Positions 9,167 to 17,909 are shown, counted from the stretch's first letter. The stretch is 33,013 bases of DNA from Alphaproteobacteria bacterium (GCA_038148075.1 JAYQUR010000001.1:1-33013); one strand, 5' to 3'. Numbers and translations are program-made. Notes: generated by a model not told the origin, from the letters alone.

Positions 9167-9691
9167 ATGGCTCTATTCCTGCTGGCGGCATTTATCGCCG
9201 TACCGGTTATCGAAATCGCCCTTTTCATCGAGGTGGGCGGCTGGATCGGCCTGTGGCCGACCCTCGCGATCGTGGTGGCAACCGCTTTCGCGGGCACGAC
9301 ATTGCTGCGCCTGCAAGGTCTTGCGGTGCTTCAGCGCGCGCAGGAAAGCGCCGCGCGCAACGAATTGCCGGTTGCAGAGGTCTATGACGGGTTGTGCCTT
9401 CTGGTTGCCGGCGTGCTGCTTCTGACGCCCGGTTTCTTTACCGATATGCTCGGGTTTCTGATCTTCATCCCCGTATTCCGCCGCACCGCGGGCCTCGTTA
9501 TCTGGCGCTGGCTGGTCCGGTCCGGCCGGGTGCACGTTCATGCATCCGGATTCGGCGCACAGTCCCGCGGGAACGGCCCCCGGGGTCGGCATGGCGGGAG
9601 CGGGACAGTGATCGACGGCGACTACGAAGAGGTCGATCCCGCCCCGCCCGATCGCGACAGGCTCGGTCCGCGTCAGGGCGGTCCAAAGTAG
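9167..9691 (+). CDS. fxsA: FxsA family membrane protein
   Basis: MALFLLAAFIAVPVIEIALFIEVGGWIGLWPTLAIVVATAFAGTTLLRLQG... and LLLTPGFFTD..GF match the FxsA/UPF0716 signature. Confidence 0.9.
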   Translation: MALFLLAAFIAVPVIEIALFIEVGGWIGLWPTLAIVVATAFAGTTLLRLQGLAVLQRAQESAARNELPVAEVYDGLCLLVAGVLLLTPGFFTDMLGFLIFIPVFRRTAGLVIWRWLVRSGRVHVHASGFGAQSRGNGPRGRHGGSGTVIDGDYEEVDPAPPDRDRLGPRQGGPK

Positions 9692-9706
9692 TCTCGCGCC
9701 AGCCGG

Positions 9707-10183
9707 TCAGCGGCGCGCGGCACGGCGCGCCAGCACGCGCAGGCAGTCTCCGTCGGTGGCGCCGGACTTGTCGCCGAGGCGCCTTTCGAAGTGATCGAGC
9801 CGCAGCGCGCCCGCGGTTTCGTAAAAGTACAGCTCCAGATCGCAGGCTCCGTGCCGGTACCGCCAGAACTCCGCCGGCGGGTCGCGACGCACGAAGTTCG
9901 GTCGGCCCAGCCATTCCGCGACCCGTTCGCGGGACTGGTCGATAAGGTCGGCGGGCCGGGGCACGAATAGCGGGGGTTCGGGTACGGACGCCGTTTGCGG
10001 CGGCGGCGGCGCCGGGGACGCCCCGCCCTGCGCTGCAGGGGGCGCGGTCGCGGCCCCGCCGCAGGCGTGCAGCGCCAGCAAGGCGGGGAGGCCGATTCCC
10101 TTGAGGAAATTTTTCAGCAGGGCAGGCTCGTCTGGCTCAGGCGGTTTCGGTTTCCGCGTCGGCGGCGGCGCAGGTTCCGACAT
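9707..10183 (-). CDS. Hypothetical lipoprotein with a Pro-rich linker (start uncertain)
   Basis: The ORF contains the lipobox LLALHAC, then a Pro/Ala-rich linker and a roughly 90-aa C-terminal domain with two Cys (GACDLELYF, GDCLRVL). The ATG at 10183 overlaps the bactofilin gene by 47 nt. A CTG at 10117 would give a canonical lipoprotein signal peptide (KNFLKGIGLPALLALHAC). I recognise no family. Confidence 0.5.
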   Translation of the reverse strand: MSEPAPPPTRKPKPPEPDEPALLKNFLKGIGLPALLALHACGGAATAPPAAQGGASPAPPPPQTASVPEPPLFVPRPADLIDQSRERVAEWLGRPNFVRRDPPAEFWRYRHGACDLELYFYETAGALRLDHFERRLGDKSGATDGDCLRVLARRAARR

Positions 10184-10649
10184 CCCCGACGATTTCGCCG
10201 CCGCGCTCGATCTCGAGCTTGCCGAACCGGACCGTCCCCGTCACCCGCCCGGTGGACCGGACGAACAGGATGTCGCGCGCCGTCAGGGAGCCTTCGAAGG
10301 TCCCGCTTATCTCGGCGACGTTGATTTCCGCCTCGCCCTTGAAGGTGCCGGACGCGGCGACTTCGATTTCCCGGCAGTCGCTGATGTTCGCCTCCACCCT
10401 GCCCTCGACGACGAGCTTGTCGCAGGCGCTGATACTGCCGCTTAGTTCGATGTCGCGGCCGACGATCAGTTTCTTGCCGTCGGGATCGCCGATGCTGCCC
10501 GGACGCGCGACGGGATTCATCTCGCGCGCCGCGGGGCGCGCCACTTCGGCCGTCCGGATCGACGGTGCCGGGGCCAGTGCGCCGGTTTTCAGGGGGAGCG
10601 CCCTCGGGGCGTCCGACTTGGTGTTTTCGTTTTCCGCCATGTCATTCAC
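10137..10649 (-). CDS. Bactofilin (polymer-forming cytoskeletal protein, DUF583)
   Basis: The core LIVGRDIELSGSISACDKLVVEGRVEANISDCREIEVAASGTFKGEAEINVAEISGTFEGSLTARDILFVRSTGRVTGTVRFGKLEIERGGEIVGDV is the repetitive beta-helical bactofilin domain, with disordered N- and C-tails. The start is either the GTG at 10649 or the ATG at 10640. Confidence 0.9.
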   Translation of the reverse strand: MNDMAENENTKSDAPRALPLKTGALAPAPSIRTAEVARPAAREMNPVARPGSIGDPDGKKLIVGRDIELSGSISACDKLVVEGRVEANISDCREIEVAASGTFKGEAEINVAEISGTFEGSLTARDILFVRSTGRVTGTVRFGKLEIERGGEIVGDVGTCAAADAETETA

Positions 10650-10679
10650 TTTCGATTTTCGTCGTCGCGGTTGTCCGCG

Positions 10680-11375
10680 TCAGGCCGTTTCGGCGTCGGG
10701 CCGCACCGCCTCGAATACGTGGATCATATAGGCCGCGGCAACCACCGGCATCAACCAGTTTACCACCGGAATCGTCATCAGTACGGCAATTGCGACGCCG
10801 CACAGGAATATCCGCGTGCGGTGTCGGCGCCGCAGCGCGCGCCCCGGGCCCGGCGACAAACGGCGAACCGCCGCGAATTCGAAATACTCGCGACCGAGCA
10901 GATAGCCGTTCAGTGCGTAAAAAACGAACGGAATCAAAGGGATCGTAACGATCAGGACGAGCAGCACCGGCACGACGATCAGAAGCACGAGCAGGTTCAG
11001 GACGATCGTGACGCCGGTAAACCGCAGCGCGTTGACGATCATCTCCACGACCGGTTCCTCGCGCGGCGGCGGCAGGTTCGGATAGTGGCGGGCCTCGACC
11101 GCGCGCGCGATCGGCTCCAGGTTCATCGAAACGATCAGCCCTGCGAAGGCGGGAAAGAACAGCAGGCCGAGCACGAACGCCGCGCTGCCGCCGAGGAACC
11201 GGATGACCGAATCGATCCAGCCGATGCCGACCACGGCCTGATCCGCAAGCAGCCAGTTCACGAGGAACATCAGGCCGACGAATATCGCCATTCCGATCAG
11301 GACCGCTCGCAGGATGACGCCGCGAACGCGCGGATCGCCGAGTTGCTCGAACGCATGGACGAGGCCGGAAATCAT
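10680..11375 (-). CDS. EI24/CysZ-like integral membrane protein
   Basis: 231 aa with about 4-5 TM segments. The N-terminus (MISGLVHAFEQLGDPRVRGVILRAVLIG) and the YALNGYLLGREYFE motif resemble the EI24 (CysZ-like, sulfate-transporter-family) domain. It ends 30 nt upstream of the bactofilin gene on the same strand. Confidence 0.68.
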   Translation of the reverse strand: MISGLVHAFEQLGDPRVRGVILRAVLIGMAIFVGLMFLVNWLLADQAVVGIGWIDSVIRFLGGSAAFVLGLLFFPAFAGLIVSMNLEPIARAVEARHYPNLPPPREEPVVEMIVNALRFTGVTIVLNLLVLLIVVPVLLVLIVTIPLIPFVFYALNGYLLGREYFEFAAVRRLSPGPGRALRRRHRTRIFLCGVAIAVLMTIPVVNWLMPVVAAAYMIHVFEAVRPDAETA

Positions 11376-11532
11376 AGCGCTTGTTTACCTGCCGCGCGCG
11401 CGCGCGCCAAGCCCCGGCCGTTTTGCCGCCGACCGGTCGGCGTTTGCCCGATCCATTGATGTCCGCTAGGGCGTCGCTATACTGCGCGACCGATATTTCA
11501 GGCCGCCACAGGCCACCATTCGGGAGAACATC

Positions 11533-12525
11533 ATGTCAGACGCGTCGCTCGACGTCGTCGGCGTCGGAAACGCCATCGTAGACGTCATCGCGCAGGCCGA
11601 GCCGGAGCTCATCGAGCGTCTGGAGTTGAACAAGGGCACGATGACCCTGATCGAATCCGACGACGCCGACCGGCTGTATGCCGAGATGGGCGCCGCGATG
11701 GAGACATCCGGCGGTTCCGCCGCGAATACGCTGGCCGGCATCGCCTCGCTCGGCGGAAAGGGCGCCTATATCGGCAAGGTCCGCGACGACCAGCTCGGGC
11801 AGGTGTTCGCGCACGACATCCGGGCCGTCGGCGTCGATTACCGGCTGCGGCCCGCGACAGAGGGCCCGTCGACCGCGCGGTGCCTGATTTTCGTCACGCC
11901 GGATGCCGACCGCACGATGCAGACCTATCTCGGCGTGAGCGTCATGCTCGGGCCGGAGGATATCGACCCGCAGGCGATCGGCGATGCGCAGATCACCTAT
12001 CTCGAGGGATATCTGTTCGATCGCGACGAGGCCAAGGAGGCGTTCGTGAAGGCCGCCGAGCTAGCGCATACGGCCGGCCGCAAGGTGGCGCTGTCGCTCT
12101 CCGATCCGTTCTGCGTCGACCGGCACCGCGCGTCGTTCCGCCACCTGGTGGAAGGTCATGTCGACATCCTGTTCGCCAACCACGACGAGATCACGTCGCT
12201 CTACGAGACCAGCTCGTTCAACGAGGCGGTGGGCCAGCTCGTCGGTCACGTCGAGATCGGCGCGGTGACGCGCGGGGCGGAGGGCTCCGTCATCGTCACC
12301 GCCGACGAGATCGTGGAGATACAGGCGCAACCTGTCGAGAAGGTCGTCGATACGACGGGCGCCGGCGATCTCTATGCGGCGGGCGTTCTTTATGGGATCA
12401 CCCGCGGCTACGAACTGGCGACGGCCGGGCAGATCGGATCGGTCTGTGCCGCCGAGATCATCTCGCATTACGGCGCCCGGCCGACGATTCCGCTCTCGGA
12501 TCTCGTCAGAGGAGCGCTGCGCTAG
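11533..12525 (+). CDS. PfkB-family carbohydrate/nucleoside kinase, most likely adenosine kinase
   Basis: LDVVGVGNAIVDVI at the N-terminus, GGSAANT, and the C-terminal PfkB signature VVDTTGAGDLYAAGVLYG. GGGAGA lies 5 nt upstream of the ATG. Confidence 0.85.
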   Translation: MSDASLDVVGVGNAIVDVIAQAEPELIERLELNKGTMTLIESDDADRLYAEMGAAMETSGGSAANTLAGIASLGGKGAYIGKVRDDQLGQVFAHDIRAVGVDYRLRPATEGPSTARCLIFVTPDADRTMQTYLGVSVMLGPEDIDPQAIGDAQITYLEGYLFDRDEAKEAFVKAAELAHTAGRKVALSLSDPFCVDRHRASFRHLVEGHVDILFANHDEITSLYETSSFNEAVGQLVGHVEIGAVTRGAEGSVIVTADEIVEIQAQPVEKVVDTTGAGDLYAAGVLYGITRGYELATAGQIGSVCAAEIISHYGARPTIPLSDLVRGALR

Positions 12526-12646
12526 GCAAACTTGCCTGTTGACGCCGGCTAGCGGAAAGCCATATCAAGCGCACCGTACGGCGGCGGCCTTCGATCGATC
12601 GGGGCCGCCGACGTTCGTTCGCACCCGTAGTTTCAGGATTTCCGCC

Positions 12647-14473
12647 GTGGCAGACCTTCGGAATATCGCGATTATCGCCCATGTCGACCATGGCAAGACG
12701 ACCCTCGTAGATCAGCTGCTGCGCCAATCCGGCAGCTTTCGCGAAAACCAGAAGGTCGCCGAGCGGGTCATGGACTCCAACGATCTGGAGCGCGAACGCG
12801 GCATCACCATCCTTGCCAAATGCGCGTCGGTCGCCTGGCAGGGGACGCGGATCAACATCGTCGATACGCCCGGCCACGCCGATTTCGGCGGCGAGGTGGA
12901 GCGCATCCTGTCCATGGTCGACGGGGCGCTCGTGCTTGTCGACGCGGCCGAAGGTCCGATGCCGCAGACCAAGTTCGTCACCGCGAAGGCCCTGGCGCTT
13001 GGCCTGAAACCGATCGTCGTGATCAACAAGGCCGACCGGCCGGACCAGCGTGCCTACGAGGTCCAGGAGGAGGTCTTCGACCTGTTCGCGGCGCTGGGGG
13101 CGACCGACGAACAGCTCGATTTCCCGACATTGTATGCTTCGGCCAAGGAAGGCTGGGCGGCGGCGGACCTGGATGCGCCGCGCGACTCGATGACGCCGCT
13201 GTTCGAGCTGATCACCTCGCATTTCGCGCCGCCGGTCGCCGAACAGGATGCGCCGTTCGCCATGCTGGCGACGATCCTCGAATACGACACCTATCTCGGC
13301 CGCGTGCTGACCGGCCGCATCGAGCGCGGTACGGCGCGGATCAACGCGCCGGTCGTGGCGCTCGGACGCGACGGCAAGAAACTCGAGACCGCGCGCCTGA
13401 CCAAGCTGCTGTCGGTCCGCGGCCTCGCGCGGGTGCCGCTCGCGGAGGCGCACGCGGGCGACATCATCGCCATCGCCGGTCTCACGGAAGCGAACGTCGC
13501 CGACACGATCGGCGACCCGGAGAACGCCGAACCGGTGCAGGCGCTGCCGGTCGATCCCCCGACTTTGTCGATGAGCTTCACGATCAACGATTCGCCCTTC
13601 GCGGGCCAGGACGGCGACAAGGTCACGTCGCGCCTGCTCGCAGCGCGCCTCGAACGCGAGGCGGAGGGCAACGTCGCGATCGGCATCGAGCGCACCGGCG
13701 ACGAGAACGTCTTCGAGGTTAAGGGACGCGGCGAACTGCAACTCGGCGTGCTGATCGAGACGTTGCGGCGCGAAGGGTTCGAACTGTCCGTGTCGCGCCC
13801 GCGCGTGCTCTACCGGAACAATCCCGATACCGGCGCGCGCGAGGAGCCCATCGAAGAGGTCGTCATCGATGTCGACGATGCCTATGTCGGTCCCGTCGTC
13901 GAGGCGCTCGGCGAGCGCAAGGGCGAGATGACGGACATGCGTCCGTCGGGCGGCGGCAAGACGCGGCTGACCTTCCTCGCGCCGTCGCGTGGCCTGATCG
14001 GCTATCACGGCCAGTTCCTGAACGAAACGCGCGGCACCGGCGTCATGAGCCGCCTGTTTCATTCCTACGCGCCTTACAAGGGCCCGATTCCGGGACGGCG
14101 CAACGGCGTGCTGATCTCGAACGCAACCGGCCGGTCGGTGCCTTTCGCGCTGTGGAACCTGGAAGAGCGGGGGATTCTCTTCATCGGCGGCGGCGTCGAC
14201 GTCTACGAGGGCATGATCATCGGCGAGCACAGCCGCGGCAACGACCTGGAGGTCAACCCGCTCAAGACCAAGAAGCTGACCAACATCCGCGCCGCCGGCA
14301 GCGACGAGGCGGTTCGCCTCACGACGCCGCAGACGCTGCGGCTCGAGGAGGCTATCAGCTACATCGACGACGACGAACTCGTCGAGGTGACGCCGCACCA
14401 CATCCGGTTGCGCAAGCGCCTGCTCGATCCGCACGCGCGGAAGAAGGAATCGCGGCGCGCCGAAAGCGCCTGA
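12647..14473 (+). CDS. typA: Translational GTPase TypA/BipA
   Basis: A GTG at 12647 is preceded by AGGA. The product reads [24 protein letters not shown] (G1), [14 protein letters not shown] (G3), NKADR (G4) and the TypA-specific C-terminal domain ...[12 protein letters not shown]. The track ORF begins 91 codons further upstream and overlaps the preceding gene. Confidence 0.96.
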   Translation: MADLRNIAIIAHVDHGKTTLVDQLLRQSGSFRENQKVAERVMDSNDLERERGITILAKCASVAWQGTRINIVDTPGHADFGGEVERILSMVDGALVLVDAAEGPMPQTKFVTAKALALGLKPIVVINKADRPDQRAYEVQEEVFDLFAALGATDEQLDFPTLYASAKEGWAAADLDAPRDSMTPLFELITSHFAPPVAEQDAPFAMLATILEYDTYLGRVLTGRIERGTARINAPVVALGRDGKKLETARLTKLLSVRGLARVPLAEAHAGDIIAIAGLTEANVADTIGDPENAEPVQALPVDPPTLSMSFTINDSPFAGQDGDKVTSRLLAARLEREAEGNVAIGIERTGDENVFEVKGRGELQLGVLIETLRREGFELSVSRPRVLYRNNPDTGAREEPIEEVVIDVDDAYVGPVVEALGERKGEMTDMRPSGGGKTRLTFLAPSRGLIGYHGQFLNETRGTGVMSRLFHSYAPYKGPIPGRRNGVLISNATGRSVPFALWNLEERGILFIGGGVDVYEGMIIGEHSRGNDLEVNPLKTKKLTNIRAAGSDEAVRLTTPQTLRLEEAISYIDDDELVEVTPHHIRLRKRLLDPHARKKESRRAESA

Positions 14474-14483
14474 TCCGGCCCTC

Positions 14484-15320
14484 TCAGACCATCAGCTCGA
14501 GTTCGGCCAGCAGGTACGGGCGGAAGCGCTCGTAATTCTCGACCATCGGGAAATGCCCGATGTCTTCCATGATCGTGAAGCGCGATCCGGCTATCGCCTC
14601 GGCGGCGGCGCGGCTCATGTCGGGCGTCGCCGAATAGTCGTACTCGCCGGTGAGCAGCGAGACCTTGCAGCGGTTGGTGTCGATCCGCTTGATGTCTTCG
14701 CGCGCGTCGTGATCGACGCAGTAGAAGTAGACGTCGCCCTTGTATACGCCGGGCCCCGACTGGCTGTAGTACCACCAGTTCTCGCGGCGGCCCGCCTCCG
14801 GCGAGGACGGTGCGTTGAGGCCGTAGGTGTAGGACGCGGCGAGTTCGCCGCCGTGTATCGCCGGATGGTGCAGGAAATCGTTGTCTCGGCCCTCCGCGAA
14901 CGCGGCGCTTTCCAGCCCGATGATCCCGGTGATCTCTTCCTGATAATCGGCGGCGACCTTGAGGACGACTGCGCCGCCCATCGAGCAGCCCATGACGATA
15001 GGTGCGTCGAGTTCCAGCGCGGTCCAGAAATCGTGGATCAGCCCGACATACATCTCGGTTGTCAGCAGGTACTTCTCCAGCCACCAGCCGTCCGGCGGGT
15101 TGGAGCGTCCGTGGAACGGCAGGTCGAAGGCGATCACGCGGCATTTCGACGTGACCTCGGGGTCGTTGAGAACATGGCGGAACTGGCGGCTGTCCGCGCC
15201 GGCCGTGTGCAGACATACCAGCGGACGGCCTTCGCCCGCCTCCTCGTAGAATATCCGGTACGACTTGCCGCCGCTTTCAAGCGTCAGGTAGCGGCCGACG
15301 ACGGGTTCAAGCTGCGGCAT
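14484..15320 (-). CDS. Alpha/beta-fold hydrolase
   Basis: The HTAG oxyanion region (PLVCLHTAGADSRQF), the nucleophile elbow GCSMGG and a C-terminal GHFP histidine motif are all present. Its ATG overlaps the upstream SCP2-like gene by 14 nt. Confidence 0.85.
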   Translation of the reverse strand: MPQLEPVVGRYLTLESGGKSYRIFYEEAGEGRPLVCLHTAGADSRQFRHVLNDPEVTSKCRVIAFDLPFHGRSNPPDGWWLEKYLLTTEMYVGLIHDFWTALELDAPIVMGCSMGGAVVLKVAADYQEEITGIIGLESAAFAEGRDNDFLHHPAIHGGELAASYTYGLNAPSSPEAGRRENWWYYSQSGPGVYKGDVYFYCVDHDAREDIKRIDTNRCKVSLLTGEYDYSATPDMSRAAAEAIAGSRFTIMEDIGHFPMVENYERFRPYLLAELELMV

Positions 15321-15711
15321 CGATCGGCTCCATTTCGCGCAGGATGTTCATCATGCGGTGCAGCGCGCGGGCGTTCTGCATCGTCGCCAGCGAGTTGCCG
15401 TCGAGCTGGAATTCGTCGATGCGCATCAGCATGGCGAAGAAGTCGTGATAGAGCGGCGGCGGGTCGGGATTGATGAATTTGTTCCAGACCGACATCGGCG
15501 CCCGCAGGGTAAACTCGACCGGCCGGTCGAAGCGTGGGTTTTGCGCGATCTCCGCGATCTTGCCCTGCCGCACGGCAACCAGGAAATCGTTGCCCTCGAA
15601 CGAGAGCTTGAAGTCGAGCGTGAACCAGTCGCCGATTACGCCCATTTCGGGGTCGGCATTGACCGCGTCGCGGTATCTTTCCATCCACTCCAGTGAGGGA
15701 TTGCCGGGCAT
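15307..15711 (-). CDS. Small SCP2 (sterol-carrier-protein-2)-like lipid-binding domain protein
   Basis: 134 aa, with coding-type G/C third positions. The pattern W..Y...VN.........DW....F.L.....F.V....GK............F.L.AP...W..........L......M.......GN resembles the SCP2 fold. The assignment is by eye only. Confidence 0.5.
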   Translation of the reverse strand: MPGNPSLEWMERYRDAVNADPEMGVIGDWFTLDFKLSFEGNDFLVAVRQGKIAEIAQNPRFDRPVEFTLRAPMSVWNKFINPDPPPLYHDFFAMLMRIDEFQLDGNSLATMQNARALHRMMNILREMEPIDAAA

Positions 15712-15737
15712 TCGAACCTCGTCGGGCTGCGTCGTTC

Positions 15738-15775
15738 CGAAAAGAAAACGGCCCCGACGGGATGCCGGGGCCGTT
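15738..15775 (-). terminator. Rho-independent terminator after the downstream TRAP binding-protein gene
   Basis: A perfect 10-bp stem (15747-15756 AACGGCCCCG pairs with 15766-15775 CGGGGCCGTT) encloses a 9-nt loop. On the minus strand it is followed by UUUUCUUUUC. It starts 15 nt after the TAA stop at 15791-15793. Confidence 0.8.
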
Positions 15776-15790
15776 CGTCAGATCGATCCG

Positions 15791-16792
15791 TTACTGCTTG
15801 GTCGCAGCGGCGGCCTTCTTCAGAAGGGCGTACATGTCCTTCGTCTTCGGATCGCTGCCGAGGATTTCGTCGGCGATCGGCTGTACGCGCTTGCGCAGTT
15901 CGGCCTTGTCCGCATCGGACAGGCGGATGACCTCGGCGTCGCGCGCCCAGTCTTCTTCCGCCTTGCGGGTAAGGTCGTAGCCCCACTTGCCGGCGTGCGG
16001 CGTGACATCCTTGCCGACCGCGAAGACCAGGTCCTTAAGATCCTTGGGCAGGGTCTTGAGCCAGGCGTTGCTGAGGAACTGGCCGCAGGTGATCTGGCCC
16101 ATGCCGGTGAGCGTGATGTACTTGGCGACCGTCCAGAACTTCGACGGGTACATCACCGTAATGGCGCTGCGAACGCCGTCGATCACCTTGCGCTGCATCG
16201 CAGGCAGCACCTCGGTGTAGGGCATCGGTACGCCGGTGGCGCCCATCTTGTCCATGACCGCGCGTTCCAGCGGCGTCGCGAGAACGCGGATCTTGCGGCC
16301 CTCGAAGTCCTTGAGGGTGCGGGCCGGTTTGAGCGTGGCTACCGACGTACCCCCGCACGACCACAGATAGCTGGCCACGAAGCCCTTGTCTTCGCCAAGC
16401 TTGGTGAACTTCTCCCTGAACTCGGGATGGTTGATCGCACGATGGGCGTGGCGCTCGTCGTCGAACATTCCGGGCGAGTCGGTGACCATGAAGGCCTTGT
16501 TGATGCCGACGAAGAAGCCCGGCGGAATGTTGAACGCTTCCTGCGTGCCGAACTGGATGCCCTCGATCTGGCGCGGGATCTTGCCGAGCTGACCGGCCGG
16601 GAAGACCTTTACCTCGATGCGGCCGCCGGAGCGTTTCTCAAGCTCTTCCTTGACCCAGTTCGCAGAGAAATGGTTCGAGTCGTTGATCGTCGGCATGCCG
16701 ATCTTCATCGTGTATTTCTTCTGCGCGGCCGCCGGCCCTGCGGCAAGCGCCACGCCCGCCGCCACGCCGGCGGCAATCCATAGTTTATTCAT
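15791..16792 (-). CDS. TRAP transporter solute-binding protein, DctP family (copy 1)
   Basis: Signal peptide MNKLWIAAGVAAGVALAAGPAAAQ, then FPAGQLGKIPRQIEGIQFGTQEAF and GRKIRVLATPLERAVMDKMGATGVPMPYTEVLPAMQRKVIDG, matching DctP-type periplasmic binding-protein architecture. AGGGAG RBS. Confidence 0.87.
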   Translation of the reverse strand: MNKLWIAAGVAAGVALAAGPAAAQKKYTMKIGMPTINDSNHFSANWVKEELEKRSGGRIEVKVFPAGQLGKIPRQIEGIQFGTQEAFNIPPGFFVGINKAFMVTDSPGMFDDERHAHRAINHPEFREKFTKLGEDKGFVASYLWSCGGTSVATLKPARTLKDFEGRKIRVLATPLERAVMDKMGATGVPMPYTEVLPAMQRKVIDGVRSAITVMYPSKFWTVAKYITLTGMGQITCGQFLSNAWLKTLPKDLKDLVFAVGKDVTPHAGKWGYDLTRKAEEDWARDAEVIRLSDADKAELRKRVQPIADEILGSDPKTKDMYALLKKAAAATKQ

Positions 16793-16861
16793 CGTCCTGT
16801 ACTCCCTGTTGAGTTTCCGATTCCGGTTTTGTGCCGGCGGAATGCCGGTCTTTACGGGTTA

Positions 16862-16895
16862 CGGCCGCGCCTTGGACGAACCCTGGGCGCGGCCG
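16862..16895 (-). terminator. GC-rich hairpin between the two TRAP binding-protein genes (possible attenuator or weak terminator, no U-tract)
   Basis: A 10-bp perfect stem (16862-16871 CGGCCGCGCC pairs with 16886-16895 GGCGCGGCCG) with a 14-nt loop, about 10 nt downstream of the stop of the upstream copy. No T-run follows on the minus strand. Confidence 0.3.
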
Positions 16896-16904
16896 CTCCG
16901 ATCT

Positions 16905-17909
16905 CTATTTCCGGGTCGCCTTGGCGGCGTCCTTGAGCAAAGCGAACATATCGGCGGTTTTCGGATCCTTGCCGAGGAGATCGTCGCCGATGGAGGCCAC
17001 GCGCTTGATCAGGTCGGTGCGTTCCGCTTCGGGCAGCCGGTAGACCTGTCCCACTTCCGCCCATTTCTTCTCGGCGGCGCGTGTCAGATCCTCGCCCCAC
17101 TTGCCGACCAGCGGCGTGACGTCTCGTTCCGCCTGCATGACGACCTGCCGGAGATCGTCCGGCAGCGACTTGAGCCAGGATGCGCTGAGGAACTGGGCGC
17201 AGGCAATGTGCGCGGTTCCGATCAGCGTGACGTGCTTGGCGACGGTATAGAACTTCGACGGGTACATCACGATGATGCCCGTGCGGACGCCGTCGATGGT
17301 GCCGCGCTGCATGCCGGGCAACACCTCGGTATAGGGCATGGGAACGCCGGTCGCGCCCATCTTTTCCATGACGGCGCGCTCCAGGGGAGTCGCCAGCACG
17401 CGGATTTTCTTGCCCTTGATGTCGGCCAGCGTCTTGAAGGGCTTTATCGTGTTGACCGCGGTGTCGCCGCACGACCAGATCGATCCGCCGACGATGCCCT
17501 TGTCCGCGGCGAGGTTCAGGAACTTCTCGCGGAACGGCTCGTGGTTGACGGACCGGTACTGGTGCTGGATGTCGTCGAACAGACCCGGTGCGTCGGTGAC
17601 CATGAAGGCGCGGTTGATGCCGATGAAAAAGCCCGGCGGAATGTTGAACGCTTCCTGGGTGCCGAGCTGGAGACCTTCGATCTGCCGCGGAATCTTGCCG
17701 AGCTGGCCTGCCGGGAACACGCCGACCTTGATCCGGCCGTTCGACTTCGCCTCGATTTCCTTCTTGAGCCAGTTGGCCTGAAGGTGATTGGAGTCGTTCA
17801 CGGTCACGAAGCCGATTTTCATCGTATAGGTCTTCTGGGCGTTCGCGGCGCCGGCCGCAAGGGCCAGCCCCGCTGCCGCCGCGGCAATCGTAGCAAATGA
17901 GCGCTTCAT
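16905..17909 (-). CDS. TRAP transporter solute-binding protein, DctP family (copy 2, tandem paralogue)
   Basis: MKRSFATIAAAAAGLALAAGAANAQ signal peptide. It aligns along its whole length with copy 1, for example FPAGQLGKIPRQIEGLQLGTQEAFNIPPGFF and KKIRVLATPLERAVMEKMGATGVPMPYTEVLPGMQRGTIDG. The start is set at the ATG at 17909, preceded by AAGGGAGA. Confidence 0.87.
   Translation of the reverse strand: MKRSFATIAAAAAGLALAAGAANAQKTYTMKIGFVTVNDSNHLQANWLKKEIEAKSNGRIKVGVFPAGQLGKIPRQIEGLQLGTQEAFNIPPGFFIGINRAFMVTDAPGLFDDIQHQYRSVNHEPFREKFLNLAADKGIVGGSIWSCGDTAVNTIKPFKTLADIKGKKIRVLATPLERAVMEKMGATGVPMPYTEVLPGMQRGTIDGVRTGIIVMYPSKFYTVAKHVTLIGTAHIACAQFLSASWLKSLPDDLRQVVMQAERDVTPLVGKWGEDLTRAAEKKWAEVGQVYRLPEAERTDLIKRVASIGDDLLGKDPKTADMFALLKDAAKATRK

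Noticed and set aside
12506-14434. 642-aa minus-strand ORF covering the whole of typA.
   Set aside because: It is antisense to an unmistakable TypA/BipA GTPase. It has no recognisable motifs and an Arg/Asp/Ala-rich composition, so it is a GC artefact.
15470-17900. ORFs 15470-16783 (+, 437 aa) and 16617-17900 (+, 427 aa), which resemble each other.
   Set aside because: Their mutual similarity only mirrors the duplication of the TRAP binding-protein genes on the other strand. Both are antisense shadows.
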